The translations under genes were made by a program, and so were the position numbers. The notes under the pieces were generated by a model that saw only the letters and a list, made by a program, of their open reading frames with translations, ran no database searches and was not told the DNA's origin. This document shows positions 48,601-62,667 of a stretch of 64,000 nucleotides of DNA, piece after piece. The stretch's first letter is position 1. The number at the start of each line of letters is the position of its first letter. Origin of the DNA: Mustelus asterias (lineage: Eukaryota); the NCBI RefSeq assembly GCF_964213995.1, contig NC_135818.1, positions 53,258,001 through 53,322,000 of the forward strand, written 5' to 3'.

Positions 48601-50129
48601 TCCAAACCAATTCCACTAAAGATGAAGGTAAACTGGAAACATGAACTGTAAGTGGTACCTCAAACCAGCTGCAAATGGTTTAGTTTGGTGATAATGTTTT
48701 CAATTTTTCAGGAGTGGATGAAGTTTGCAAGTTTTAAGTTCTGCATCAGTGTATTAAGTGGCAAACTTGCTAAAGGAACAATGTGTAATGTTGTAGTTTT
48801 GTAATGTTTGTAATGTTGTAGTTACACACATGGTGGTGCTGATGAGCTAAAATATAATAATTCTGTGACTACACGCCGTGCTCTATTCAAGGACGGTGCT
48901 AATTAGCAACCAGTTTAAATCACAATTGTCGAATCATTCTTCAGAAAGTCAGGTAACACTTTAATGTGATGAAATGAGGATCATAATTCTCGGCTCTGAA
49001 TTCAAGAGCTGGACTGTTAGTTTTTGGTGCCTTTAATTCTGTTGCTTTCTTGATAGAGTTTCAGGAACAGAAATAAAAAAGATTTCTTACAATCATTATT
49101 GATATTTTTTTTCTTAGCACCCTTTCCTCTCTCTTAGGTTAGCAACTCCTCGCTAGAGCACAGTTTTATGAGCACTGGAACCAAAAGAGAAAATGCTGGA
49201 TTATCTCAGCAGGTCTGGCAGCATCTATAAGGAGAGAAAAGAGCTGACGTTTTGAGTCCAGATGACCCTTTGTCAAAGCTGGCATCCGCAGTAATTTGCT
49301 TTAATGAACACTGGGCCTATTTCAACATTGACGACATTTACCTATCTGGCAATTATTTGTTTGAGTCTTCATGGTGAATTTTGATAGATCACTAGATGGC
49401 AGAAACATCACAGCGTAATGCAGTCCAAATGTCCAGAAGTGTGTTATTCCAGTAAAGGTTTGTCGTAAATACAAGAGTTCTGATCTAGTACCCCTCTGGA
49501 ACCCAAGGATGCTGTGAGTAATAAATCTAGACTAACCAGTCTATGATTTAATGTTTTGAGTAAGACAACCCTGAAATCCCTTATTTCCAGCTGTGTGTGC
49601 AGTTTCTCTGAGCGTTCTGCCAGTCTCCTGCCAGAGCTCCATTAGGAGAGTAACTAAATCCCAACAGAATTTGAGGGCCAATATATTTAAGCAGTTTTTC
49701 ATGTTCCTCCCTTCATAATTTCAGAAAGCTCATTTAATATGTTTATAATATATTTGCAAAATATTTATTTTAAAATATATTCTTCATTTTGAAGGTTTGG
49801 TCTCGAAATAAGACACCAGGGTGGGATGGTCATTTTTTTTGTCCAGTACAAAAACTTGGGAGCAGAAGACAAAGCATATTTATGTTGTGTTTGCATTGGC
49901 TGTCATACCCAGCAACTAAGAACATGGATGCTCTTCCCTAGAAAGAATAGCAGAATTTGGGATAATATCTGATACTAAACTTACAATAAGTCTTTTCCAA
50001 ATAACAATAGAAATGTTTACATTTATATCAGGTTTTTTTAAGTTTACCATCATAAAGTGAGCAAGAGTATCCAAGGCCCTGGTCTCTTTGTTCTGTATTA
50101 CCTACCGTGGACTCAAGAAATACACAAAG

Positions 50130-51995
50130 AAACAGCTGAAGGCACTGGATACTGCAATGGTTATGTTCCTTGTTAACATTCCAGCAATAGTCCTAAATAC
50201 TTGTGCTCCAGAACTTGCCACGTCCCTAGCAAAGCTGTTCCAGTACAACACTGGCATCTACCCAGCAATGTGGAAAATTGTATGTCCTGTACACAAGAAA
50301 CAGGACAAATCCAACCCAGCCAATTACTGTCCCATCAGTCTACTCTCGATCATCAGTAAAATGATGATCAACAGTGCTATCAAGCGACACTTACTCAGCA
50401 ATAACCTGCTCACGACGCTCAGTTTGGGTTCCGCCAGTGTCACTCAGCTCCTGATCTCATTACAGCCTTGGTTCAAACATGGACAAAAGAGCTGAATGCC
50501 AGCGATGAGGTGAGAATGACTGCCCTTGACATCAAGGCAGCATTTGACCGAGTGTAGCATCAAGGAGTCCTAGCAAAACTGGAGTCAAAGGGAATTGGGA
50601 GGAAAACACTCCACTGGTTGAAGTCATCCCTGGCACAAAAGAAGATGGCTCTGGTGGTTGGAGGTCAATCACCCCAGCTCCAGGACATCACTGTAGGAGT
50701 TCCTCAGGGGAGTGTCCTAGGCCCAACCATCTTCAGCTGTTTCATCAATGACCTTCCCTCTATCAACGTCAGAAGTGGGGATGTTCGCAGATGACTGTAC
50801 AATGTTCAGCACCATTCACAACTCCTCAGATACTGAAGCAATCCATGTCCAAAGGCAGCAAGACCTGGACAATATTGAGGCTTGGGCTGACAAGTGCCAG
50901 GTAATGACCATCTTCAACAAGAGAGGATCTAACCATCGCCCTTGACGTTCAGTGACATTACCATCACTGAATCCCCCACTATCAACATCTTGAGAGTTGC
51001 CATTGACCAGAAATTGAACTGGACTAGCTCTATAAGGCGGCACGGTAGCACAGTGGTTAGCACTGCTGCTTCACAGCTCCAGGGACCTGGGCTCGATTCC
51101 CGGCTTGGGTCACTGTCTGTGTGGAGTTTGCACATTCTCCTCGTGTCTGCATGGGTTTCCTCCAGGTGCTCCGGTTTCCTCCCACAGTCCAAAGATGTGC
51201 GGGTTAGGTTGATTGGCCATGCTAAAATTGCCCCTTAGTGTCCTGAGATGCATAGGTTAGAGGGATTAATGGGTAAAAAATGTAGGGATATGGGGGTAGG
51301 GCCTGGGTGGGATTGTGGTCGGTGCAGCCTCGATGGGCTGAATGGCCTCTTTCTGTACTGTAGGGTTTCTATGATTTCTATGATTTCTATAAATACTGTA
51401 GCTACCAGAGCAGGTGAAAGGCCAGGAATCCTGTGACAAGTAACTGACCATCTGACTCCCCAAAGCCTGTCCACCATCTACAAGGTACAAGGCAAGAGTG
51501 TAATGGAATACTCTGCACTTGCCTGGATGAGTACAACTCCAACAACACTCAAGAAGTTCAAGACCATCCAGAACAAAACAGTCCACTTAATTGCTGCCCC
51601 TTCCACAAACATGCAATCCCTCCACCACCGATGAACCACAGTGGCAGCCGTGTGTATCATCTACAAGATGCACTGTAGGAACTCACCAAGGTTCCTTAGG
51701 CAGCACCTTCCATACCCACGATCACTGCCACCTAGAAGGACACGAGTAGCAGATATCTGGGTACACCATCACCTGAAGGTTCCCCTCCAAGACACTCACC
51801 ATCCTGACTTGGAAATATATCATTGAGTCAAAAATCATGGAATTTCCTCCCTAACAGCACTGTGGGTGTACCTACACCTCAGGGACTGCAGTGGGTCAAG
51901 AAAACAGCTCACCACCACCTTCTGAAGGGCAACTGGGAAGGGCAATAAATGCTGCTCTAGCCAGCGACGCCCACATCTTGTAAATGAATTTAAAA
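50130..51995 (+). mobile_element. LINE family 'B' 3' half, interrupted by a full-length V-SINE (51035-51389)
   Basis: ALDIKAAFDRV*HQG, GVPQGSVLGP and MFADD motifs; tail GGGCAATAAATGCTG...GCCAGCGACGCCCACATC. Confidence 0.85.
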
Positions 51996-52921
51996 AATCA
52001 ATTATCTATCTTCCATAGAATCTTTATCCTTCTTCTAAGATACACACTACTGAAATTAGTTAACACTGAGTCATGTTCCTGGAAGGATAATTACCTAAAG
52101 AATGAACTCTATTTGCTGATGGATTACAATGTCTATTTTTATCAAGATCTCTCTTTAAAGTATTAACTCTTAAGTGGGGATATGAATCCCCTGGCAGCAA
52201 TGCCTGTGGACTTTATTCAAAGGGCCATTGTCTGTGAGCAAGTTATTCAACCATATGAATCTTCACAACCAATTTTGTCCTTACCAGATGTCCAAACACA
52301 CAGATGTCCAGTAGGGGTCACCGGATTGCAAACATGAGTGTGAATGCTGGCCAGCATTCCCCTATCTATAACAGGAATATGAGAACAATTGTAATAATTC
52401 TACTGCTATTCTAGCTAAAATATGCTAATTCAGCACAGGCCAGCAATTGAACCTGTGACCTTTTGGTGAACATGTCTTCATGTCACTCAGCCACCTAGGG
52501 AGTTAGTTCTTAAAATGTGTTATACTCACAGATACAGCAGGAATATATTTTATAACCGGAAGCACACAGACCCATTTTTTATTCATTCGTGTCATTGGCA
52601 AGGCCAGCATTTATTACCCATCCTTAATTGCCCTTGAGAAGGTGCGTTGAGCAGTCATCTCAAACCATTCATAATGCATGTGGTTTACCTACTCTCACTA
52701 CTGATAGGGAGGAAGTTCCAGGATTTTGGCCCAGTGATAGTGAAATATGGTAATATATTCCAAAGCCAGGATGGTGTGTGACAAGAGGGGACCTTGAAGA
52801 AGGTGGTATTCACTTTGCACACGTTGCCTTTGCCCCCCTAGGTGTTAGAGGCCATGGATTTGGGTGGTGCTGTTGAAAGTGCCTTAGAGAGTTTCTGTCG
52901 TGCATTTGTAGATAGACGTAG

Positions 52922-53245
52922 ACATAGACACCTACAATGCAGAAGGAGGCCATTCAGCCCATCGGGTCTGCACTGACCACAATCCCACCCAGGCCCTATC
53001 CCCATAACCTCTCGTGTTCACCCTGGCTGGTCCCCCTGACACTAAGGGGCAATTTAGCATGGCCAACCCACCTAACCTGCACATCTATGGACTGTGGGAG
53101 AAAACCAGAGCACCCGGAGGAAACCCACACAGACACAGGGAATATGTGCAAACTCCCCACAGACAATGACCCAAGCCGGGAATCAAACCTCGGTCCCTGG
53201 GTGCTGTGAGGCAGCAGTGCTAACCACTGTGCCACCGTGCCACCC
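52922..53245 (-). mobile_element. V-SINE (HE1-like) within minus-strand LINE 'B' remnants
   Basis: Head, V-domain and tail all recognisable. Confidence 0.85.
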
Positions 53246-53924
53246 CTGGATGGATGAATTTTAATGTTTTGATTTCATTTGATTTATTATTGTCACATGT
53301 ATTAGTATACACTGAAAAGTATTGTTTCTTGTGCACTATACAGACAAAGCATACTGCACATAAGGAAGGAAAGAGGGTGCAGAATGTAGTTTTACAGTCA
53401 TAGTTAGGGTGTAGAGACAGGTCAACTGGTTGATAAGATGCTTAACAAACGAGCTGATGTTGATCTTCTTGAGTGTTACTGGAGCTCCACTAATCCAAGC
53501 AGTGTAGGGTATTCCATCACATTCATCACCTTTACCTAGTGGATGGGAGGAAAGCTCAGGGGAATCAGGGGGCAAGTTACTTGCCACAATTCCCAGCGTC
53601 TGGTTCATTCAACGACCTGAATGCAGCTAAACTTGGGGTTGAGTTTTTTTAAAAATTTTTTGCAGATGGTCACTGCCTGACACGAATCTTACTTCCACTG
53701 CTCAGTCACAATCCTTTTGATTATATTTCCCGCAATAAACAAAAGAGGGCTGGGCAGTCGCTCCTGTGCTTGTTTCCTCACCATTCGGTGCCCGGGTCTG
53801 ACAGTCTGCAGAAGAGGCTTGGAATGGGGAGAAGGTGAAATGTTCAATAAAGCGAAAGCACTCGGCTGAAAGAGTCCATCTGGGAGAGTGTCACATGGTT
53901 CAGTGCTCAGCCCTGACCCCTTAC

Positions 53925-54190
53925 GTTTTAATGCGCAGAGGATGTTGCATTGAGGCAGGCGCCTCCTCTGTGACAGGAGCTGTTTGAAAAGCTGCAGTCC
54001 AGCAGCCGCGGGTGGCAGATCGCGGGAGGCACAGGCACAGGCAGCGGGAGTGAGAGCAGGTTCTCCTCTCCTTCGGCCGCTCTTGATGTCCCGGGGGGAT
54101 GAGCTCCTGCAGCATCGACATTCTCTGAGCTGCGGGGCGGCATCGCGGAGGCCGGGGAGCGGACTCAGATCCAGCAGCAGTCGGTAAGCC
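53925..54190. promoter_or_regulatory. CpG-rich putative first-exon/promoter region with splice donors on both strands
   Basis: Minus-strand donor AC|gtaagg (exon ends 53925); plus-strand donor TCG|gtaagc (exon ends 54183); locally high CpG; no recognisable repeat. Confidence 0.5.
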
Positions 54191-57100
54191 TCGTCTCAAC
54201 TGGCTGAATGAGATTCAAAGCTTGTGGGGCACACCATTGCCCCCTTGGAAGCAGCAAAGCTGCAGGAAGTGTGGAGTTACGGCTGGGTAGGGGTGACCCT
54301 CAAGGACATTGTCCTCTGTCACCTACAAAACATTTTGCTGCCGTAAAGTTGCTGACATGTTTTTTTTTTGGATAAATTTACTTTTTTTTATTGAACATTG
54401 TATTTACTTTTAGAAGAATCCCAGCCGTTTATGTGTGTGTGTGGATTAATTGTTCAGGGCTTTGGTGAATTTCTTGGTGAATTAGAAAGCTGGCTGGAAT
54501 TGGGATCTGAGTTTTGGGATGAGCCACTTTCCTGACTCTTCCATTGAGCTCCCCGAGCCGTTGAGATTCCTCCCTCCCCTTTCAGAATGAATCATCATGT
54601 ATGTGTGTGTGTGGGGGGCTGCTCCAAGGTTTGATGTTCACCAATGTCTTTGTGTGGCAAGCCTTCACATCTTGAATCAGGGACATACTATCAGGCAACA
54701 TCCATGCAGGTCACAAACAAGCAACGATTGTTTTTTTTGATCTGTGACCAATTTCAAATTCCACATTGTACACAGTAACGGCCAAGAGACTTGAACTAGT
54801 TCCTAATTTGTAATAGTTTATCATTTCGTCCTTGGCTGATGGGATTTACAAGTATTCGCTGAGCACACTGTTGCTTCGATCGTTATCCTGATGCTGGTAA
54901 TGCTAAAGATTATTTGCAGAATCTTCCAATAATGCTCTGACCAAGCGTGCCAACGTTAATTTAACCTTGCTTGTCTCTGTTTTACAAAATTAATTAATTT
55001 CTATTTTCTCCTGGTGATAAACCTTAAGTAACATGTTGCCCACTTCTTTAAAAAAAGATGTGGCTTACAGTCAAAGCCGGATTAAGAATTCTTGGCAGCC
55101 TGGACAGCAAGAATATTCAGGGCCCCTCTGCACCCACACAGTGAAAGCCACACCTGCCAAATCCACTAAAATACAGTGTAATAAAATGCATGAAGAAACA
55201 GGCTTGGCCAGTGCAATACATTTCTCACTGACCTCCCATATTCTATCCTTTATAAGCCTCATTTGGGTGTCCTTATTTGGACCAAATGCCATTCTCTTAT
55301 CACCCTGTGCTTGCTGACTACATTGGCTTCTTGTAAAATAAGGCCTTAATTTTTAAATCCTCATCCTTGTTTTCAAGTTCCTTCATGGCTTTATCCCTCT
55401 CTATCTGTATTGCCTCCTCCAGCCCTGCAATCCTGCAGGATATCCACTCTTTCAATTCTGGGGTCTCTGGAGCATCCCTGATTCTGAGCACTGCATCATT
55501 GCTGGCCATGCCTTTGGCTGCCCAGCTCCAAAGCTGTGGAATTCTCTCTGTAAACCTCACTATCTCCCTTGCTTTTCCCCTTCAAAACCTATTAATTTAA
55601 CCGAGCTCTAGGTTAATCTGTCCTAATAAGACTTTGGCCAGAATTTTCCAGCCCTTCTCGTCTGCATGATCTTCCGAGCTGCTAAAGTTGAACCCCCCCC
55701 CCTGCCGCAGTAGGTTCCCCAGCGGCAGGGCTGGTGAGCCATGCAAATTGCTATTGACTTTGGTGGGACTGGAAGCTCCCATCAGTGGTCAAGAGCTCGC
55801 TGCTATGCTTAGATGAAACTGATCTGGTGGCTGAATGCAGTTATCTCCTTTGTGGCAAGTTTTACTGGGGTTGAAGTTTTAGTTACGCTCCTTTACATGG
55901 AGTTCACAGGTGTGTATGTTGTTAATCTACCCTGTAGCTCTATCAAAATGATACTATTACTTTTCTAAATGACTCAATATTAAAATGCAGCAGGATCCTC
56001 TTTCAGCGATGAGAAACGTTTTGATGGATACAGTGGTGACATGTGAGCTTCAAGTCATTGGAGATTGTAATTGAAAAAAATATGATTCATTTAGTCTTTG
56101 GAACTCACCCTAAACAATAGTATAGAAATTGCAGAAGGAAGTCATTTCTCCCATTGCACTAGTGCTTTCCTGTATTGAATATATTAAATGAACTCAACTT
56201 ATTATTTTATAGTATCTACTTCAGTGACATCTTGTAACAATGCGCTCTATGGAGTTGGGGGCAGAGAGAAAAGCAGTTTTTCTTCTCATTGCCTCTTGAG
56301 CTAGAATGTATTCCTCATTGCTCCCATTATGGCAACCAATGGAAATAATCTCTCTTACCTCCTCAAAGCCATTCAAAATTTTGAAACTCTTTTGGAGCCA
56401 CCCTTTTCTGCAAAAGTTCCAGTATTGTGGACAATATTTATTCCTTAATATCACTAAAAATGAATCATTGTAATTTATCTCATTAATCTTTGTTGGTACA
56501 TTGTTTACAAATGTGTTGCCGCATTGCATTAACGTTGCAACAGCAACTTCCTTTCAAAAGTACTTCATTTGCTGTGAAGTGCTTTGGAGCATTGCAACAT
56601 CATCAAAGATGATATATAAAAATATTACAGATATATATATATATATATATTATTCTTTGCTTCACTTTTTGAGAAAGCTTTATAGCTGGGAACATTTAGT
56701 TTCCAGTCTTGCCCTGGACAAAGCCAACAACAATATGCATTTATGTATCCATTCTAATTAATTCCTCTATTATTTAGAATGCTTTGCAAGTTTGCATATA
56801 AACCAGTAATTCTGGCTCAAACGTACTTCACAGTAATATTTCCCTTCCATTTATTTGGTCAAAATTGCCCTTTTGCCTATATCCATCCCCAAGCTTAATA
56901 TTTTGGCCTACACAGCTTTTTAGTAAACTTATTCTTAGCCCTCCTGTCCATGCCGTTAAGGTTTGTCTTCTTAGTTAAAAAGATTTCCTCACTGCTCTGT
57001 ACTCTCTCTCGTCTCTATGAGGACATTGTTACTTGTTTGCTACTTCCTAATTATTCATTTTACATTGGGAACATAATGCGATTGATGGGGAGCAGTAGTA

Positions 57101-60100
57101 CATGGTTGCATCTGATTACACAGTGTATTATGTACTGTTCAATTGTTCAAAATGCCCAAAGTAAAATTTCAAATATGTAAATGGAAATCATTGGTTATTT
57201 ACGAACTAACCACAGTACTCTCTCCCTGTTGCATCACTTTCCTCTCTGAGGAGGCAACTAATAGTTGAGTCATGCCTTTCTTCATGGATGCATCACCGTT
57301 GCTTCATATTAACTATCAAGAGCTGCCTTTACACAGGACCAAATGTCACCCACTAAATATTTCCTTTCCTGAGACCTATTGCTTCTTTGCCGTTTGATGC
57401 TGTACTTGATTAAGCGCCTTGTCTCGGAAATCACAGAAGGAGAATACTTTCATATGGTGGAGGCAGGCACTGGAACTTGGTAAACATGAACATTAAGATG
57501 TCACTGGGAGGCTATCTCTAATTTATTTTGACTCAAATGTTTCTACTTTAAATGGAACTCGAGGTCTAAAGCATAGCTTTTAATCAATTTTCTTAATGCC
57601 ACTCAAGATCGATCCATTTCTGCATTGATTTATTTTCTGAAATATTAATGACTGATTCACTAATGCCCTTAATGAATCTGCCGTCTTCATCTGATCTGGC
57701 CTACATGTGAGTCCAGACCCACAGCAATGTGGTTGGCTCTTAATTGCCCTCTGCAATGGTGTGGCAAGCAACTCCAAACCCCATGGCCTGGCAAGTCACT
57801 CAGTTCAAGGGCAATTAGAAACAGACAACAAATACTGGTCTTTCCGTCAACACCATATCCCATGAAAGAAAAAAAGTCCACGTTGGAAAAACTCGGCTCC
57901 CCCTTGCTGCTAATTGAGGTGTTCAAGTGAGCAGTTAATACCTAGGTGGGAAGTCCGAAAAGCAAACTCTCTTGGGTCGCTTGTATGTTTCCGGTGGGGT
58001 GGGGTTGTAAGGGGCAGCCCCACATTCAAAGGCACTCTGTCTGATCGAGAGACCTGCCATTTTGAAGGGTTGGGGAGACTGCTGATAGATTGCCCCTCTG
58101 CCCTTGCTGCCTAGCCCCCATCTCTGCAGCCCCCATCCTGCCATCACTCATCTGTGCTGGCATCCTACAGTGTGGGTGAGTCTGGTACTGACAGCAGCCA
58201 CCACCTCTCCAGTGGCATTCCCAAGCAATGAAGAACTGCCAACCTCTTGTGGCAGCTCTCAGTGGGTGCGACCTCTGTGTATGGGGTCCTTGATCCCAGG
58301 CATGGCCTGCCACTGCCCAGTTAAGTTGGGCAGGCCATCCCAAAAAGAGGTGATGTGGCTGTTCTTGCCAACTGTCCATCCAGAGGGTAAGACCCCCATT
58401 GCCTACCTTGAATACCGCACTCAATGTTTCGGCTTGCATAAGTGGTCTAGTCGTTGTCGACATACAACAAACTTCAGCGTACTGCCACTTTAGGGGTGGA
58501 GGGCTAGAAAAAATGAAACTAGCTTTTATACTTGCAGATGTTTAGGTGGATTCTGGGAGAATGGAATCATTAATTTGTTCCCAGTGCTACACAGATAATC
58601 CAATTTGCCTATACTGGTTGCAGGATCATAGACCCATTGAAAACTGCAGAAGGCTCAAACAATCATTTATTTGAGAGACTGCCGCTCCCTGCTCTTGCTG
58701 CCTAGCCCCCATCTCTGCAGCTCCCATCCTGCTATCACTCATCTGTGCTGGCATCCTAGGGTGTGTGTCTCTCGATCAGACAGTTTGAAAGAGGGGCTGC
58801 CCCTTACAACCCGCACCCCACCAAAAACGTAAATCAGTTAACTTTTGCTTCAGCTATTTCAATGCGGTAATTAATTGCTTTCTAGTAGAATCTGGGCCAC
58901 GCAAGCCGTATGCATCACAATTAACTAAAAGACCTGACCAAAGCTGACCTGAAATTGGGTTTTGGACCTCGTTCCAATAATTTGGGTGAGCTGCTGATGC
59001 ATGTTGCACTTTCTCTGGTGGCTCTCACATTCCAGTTCATAAATTTCAGACTGCTTGCCGCGCAGTAGCTCTCAGGTAAGAGGAGGGAGGGAGGGGGAGA
59101 GATAGGTGTGCTGTAGAGTAGGGAGGAGAGCTCCTGCTCATGTCAATTTTAATTTCTTAGAAACTTACCTGTTTAGTGGCAGCCCCTTGCTCGGCCGCAT
59201 CCATGCTGGGAAAACCTACACTTGCAGCCTGCTTTATCCAGGGTAGCCCACGGTTTCTTCCAGGTGCTCCGGTTTCCTCCCACATTCCAAAGATGTGCGG
59301 GTTAGGTTGATTGGCCATGATTAAATTGCCCCTTAGTGTCCTGAGATGTGTAGGTTAGAGGGATTAGTGGGTAAAATATGTAGGGATATGGGGGTAGGGC
59401 CTGGGTGGGATTGTGGTTGGTGCAGACTCGATGGGCCGAATGGCCTCTTTCTGTACTGTAGGGTTTCTATGATTTCTATGATTTCAAACTCTCAGAGGTG
59501 TCCTACAACAAGCACACATAAGGTACCTCTTTAGCATATACAAGGCACCAGACATTGAAAGCCTGTCCAAGGTCAGTAATACATTGAACGTTTTTCACGT
59601 ATCCTTAGGTGCACGCTCCAGACCTGCAAAACCTGTTGGACTTTAACCTGGTGTTATGAGACTTCTTACTGTGCCCACTCCAGTCCAACACTGGCATTTC
59701 CACATCATGTTAAATTGATCACTTTTTTCACCTCTGATTTACAAAAACAACCAGTTGACCAATTTCAACCCTGCAGCCTCTGGGCACCAAATTATGTCAG
59801 GTAGTCTGCTGTTTGAAAAATCTGGGAGACGTAACAACTTTGAATTGCTGCCCAGCGAAATTACAATTTCAAAGAGTTGTTTGACAGTCCAAAGTGTTAT
59901 AAAGAAAAGATCCGTGCATCACTGAGCATGTTTCTGTAATGCTGGTTAAAGGCAACCCAGGACCTAAAATACTCCGATGCTTCCATTTAAAAAAAAAATA
60001 CCTCTTGCGTTTAATTACAAATAAGAAGTGATCCTCATTTTATGTTTTACGGAAAAAAGACCTGGGAGCAATCCTAGTTTTCTAGCCATTTTAGCCAGAA

Positions 60101-60757
60101 ACAGCATGTCATCACTTGACAACAAAAGGTTGCTAACAACCTCTCCTGTGTAGTTACTGCCTGCTGTTTGGTAGGTGAAAACATCAATGATGAAACTCCA
60201 CTTCCCTGTGGAGACAGAATAATAAAAATAAATTGATTGATAAATTAACTAGAAGCTAGTTAACGATGTGTATTATATATTAAACACAAATTATGCGAAG
60301 CCCAGAGTTTTTTTTTGCAACGAATTAAACCAAACTGCCACAGTCTCTTGTTTAAACCCATCTGTTGGTAACCTGCCTGGATCAGGGGGCCATTTTCATT
60401 TTGATTGTGGAGCTGCAGGTGGAGTGAACCAGTGCAATAAATCAAAGCTTCATTGTTTGGCATAATAATGGATGTCAGGATAATCACATTTTTTTTTAAA
60501 GCTGTGACTGCCCAAGCAAAACAGACTTTTAAAACGGCCTCAGTTAGTCATTGCTAATGGCATCAAGTCACTGCTTTCAGAATTTTAACCCGTTAATAAT
60601 TTTTCTTGTCTCTTACGTTGTGTTCAAAATGGTCAAAATCTGGTTTGCACACTCTCACTGTAAATAAACCGGTTTATGCATGTTGATGGGGAAGATTTAC
60701 GTATCTTTTCATATCACCATCATCATCACCATTACCAGACTCGAAATGACTAAGACT

Positions 60758-61450
60758 AGGTGTGGCTCAGTGTGCCACTGAGGAGTTCTAAGGCTGTAGG
60801 TTCAAGTCTGACTCCAGAGACCTGAGCAAAAAGTTCTGAGCTGACACTCCAATACAGTATTGCGAGCAAGCTGCACTGTCAAAGGTCCTGCTTTTCAGAT
60901 GCAACCTTAAACCAAGGCCCCAAGGGGACGGCACGGTGGCACAGTGGTTAGCACTGCTACCTCACAGCGCCAGGGACTCTGGTACAATTCCAGCCTCAAG
61001 TGACTGTCTGTGTGGAGTTTGTACTTTCCCCCCGTGTCTATTTGGATTTCCTCCGGGTGCTCCAGTTTCCTCCCACAGTCCAAAGATGTGCAAGTTAGGT
61101 GGATTGGCCATGCTAAATTGCCGCGTAGTGTCAGGGGGACTAGCAGGGTAAATCCGTGGAGTAATGGGAATAGGGTCTGGGTGGGATTGTTGTCGGTGCA
61201 GACTCGATGGACCAAATTGCCTCTTTCTGCATTGTAAGAATTCTATAATTTGGTGATTCCATCTGCTTTCCAAGATGGAGGTAAAAGATCTCAAGGTACT
61301 GTTTCGAAGAAGAGTAGGGGAGTTATCCCTGATTTCCTCATCAATATTTATCTCTTACCCAGCAACACAAAAATGGATTACCTGGTCCTTATCACATTGC
61401 TTACAGTCCTCAGTTTGTAAAAGGTGCTATAAAATTTCAAATCTTTCTTT
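60758..61450 (+). mobile_element. DeuSINE (SacSINE1-like) interrupted by a V-SINE (60925-61247)
   Basis: tRNA-like head; Deu-domain-like GTAAAAGATC...GAAGAAGAGTAGGGGAGTTATCCC...AATATTTATC; AAAGGTGCTATA tail. Confidence 0.65.
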
Positions 61451-61901
61451 TAAATGCGACAGTTTTGTGCTGAAATCTTTGGTCTGTAAGGATAACCTGA
61501 GGCTATTGTATGTTCAGGCATCAACTGGAAGTACGTGTCCATGCGGTTTGTTTTAGAAAAAAATAAATTTGCAAAATATGCACTTTGTGTCATTGCTGTA
61601 ATGTAAGACTCTGGTTTTTGAATAGATAGAATGAGAATAAAGTAAAACGTGCTACTTTTGTTCTCTGAATAAATTGGAACTGGTGCAAAAAGGTTGACTG
61701 CAAAATTGGACAGGGTCTGAAAGTGGGCACAGATATTGCAGTGCATAATTTACCTGCGCGGTTGCTTCCACTGCAGTTAATTTGCCTGATAACTGTAAGC
61801 AACCAGTGTTAAAACCTGGATGCAGTGCCACATTGACCTTACAGATATGGCAAGGTCATTGGATCCATCCACAAATTCCATGTCCTGTTAACTGTTCCAC
61901 T

Positions 61902-62667
61902 AGCGCCCTGGGTGGATATGGCCTCTTGCTAAGAGTCTTCCACCTCTCCTTCTCCCTCTTCCAGCAGCTGTTCCTGCTCTGTGTCACCTTTGCTCATTCT
62001 CTCTGCCATGCTCTAATCCAAACACAATACAAACTATTGCACACATATCAGGATTAAATGGTTTGTGCAGCTCGCTGGAAATCAGGACCAAGTCCCACAC
62101 CATTTGCCACAGGATACTAGGCATTGACATCAAGTTACGCTCTGTATTGTAGCACAGCAGCGGGATGTCGGGAGTGGAATCCCTTTCAGTTGGGGTAAAT
62201 CTCAGGGTTAGTGTGCAGCACCCACAAAACGACATCTGCATTGTCAATGGTACCATGGCCATGGGGAAGCCTGTAATCCTCACAAAGCCATGTGCTTGCC
62301 CTCGATGCATTAAAGTTCATGGCCATGGTTACTTTCACACCCACAGGCAGTGCCATTCTCACCCTGCTCTGAGACCATAAAGATGGAAGATTTCAGTGAT
62401 AATCTCATTAGTGGAACAAGAATACCCGACTGTTCCTTACTCAGGAAGGAAAATTGCCCCCGAGCGCCCTGGGTGGATATGGCCCCTTGCTAAGAGTCTT
62501 CCACCTCTCCTTCTTTTTCCAGCAGCTGTTCCTGCTCTGTGTCACCTTTGCTCATTCTCCCTGCCATGCTCTAATCCAAACACAATACAAACTATTGCAC
62601 ACATATCGGGATTAAATGGTTTGTGCAGCTCGCTGGAAATCAGGACCAAGTCCCACACCATTTGCCA
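61902..62667 (+). repeat. ~205-bp direct duplication (61902-62109 and 62463-62667)
   Basis: Near-identical AGCGCCCTGGGTGGATATGG...CCCACACCATTTGCCA in both copies. Confidence 0.9.

Noticed and set aside
51035-51110. tRNA genes at SINE heads (here and in other copies)
   Set aside because: The A/B-box-like heads continue directly into the V-domain and LINE-like tail, so these are SINEs rather than tRNA genes.
60713-60735. His-tract-like (CAT/CAC)n
   Set aside because: Short imperfect trinucleotide repeat with no ORF or exon context.
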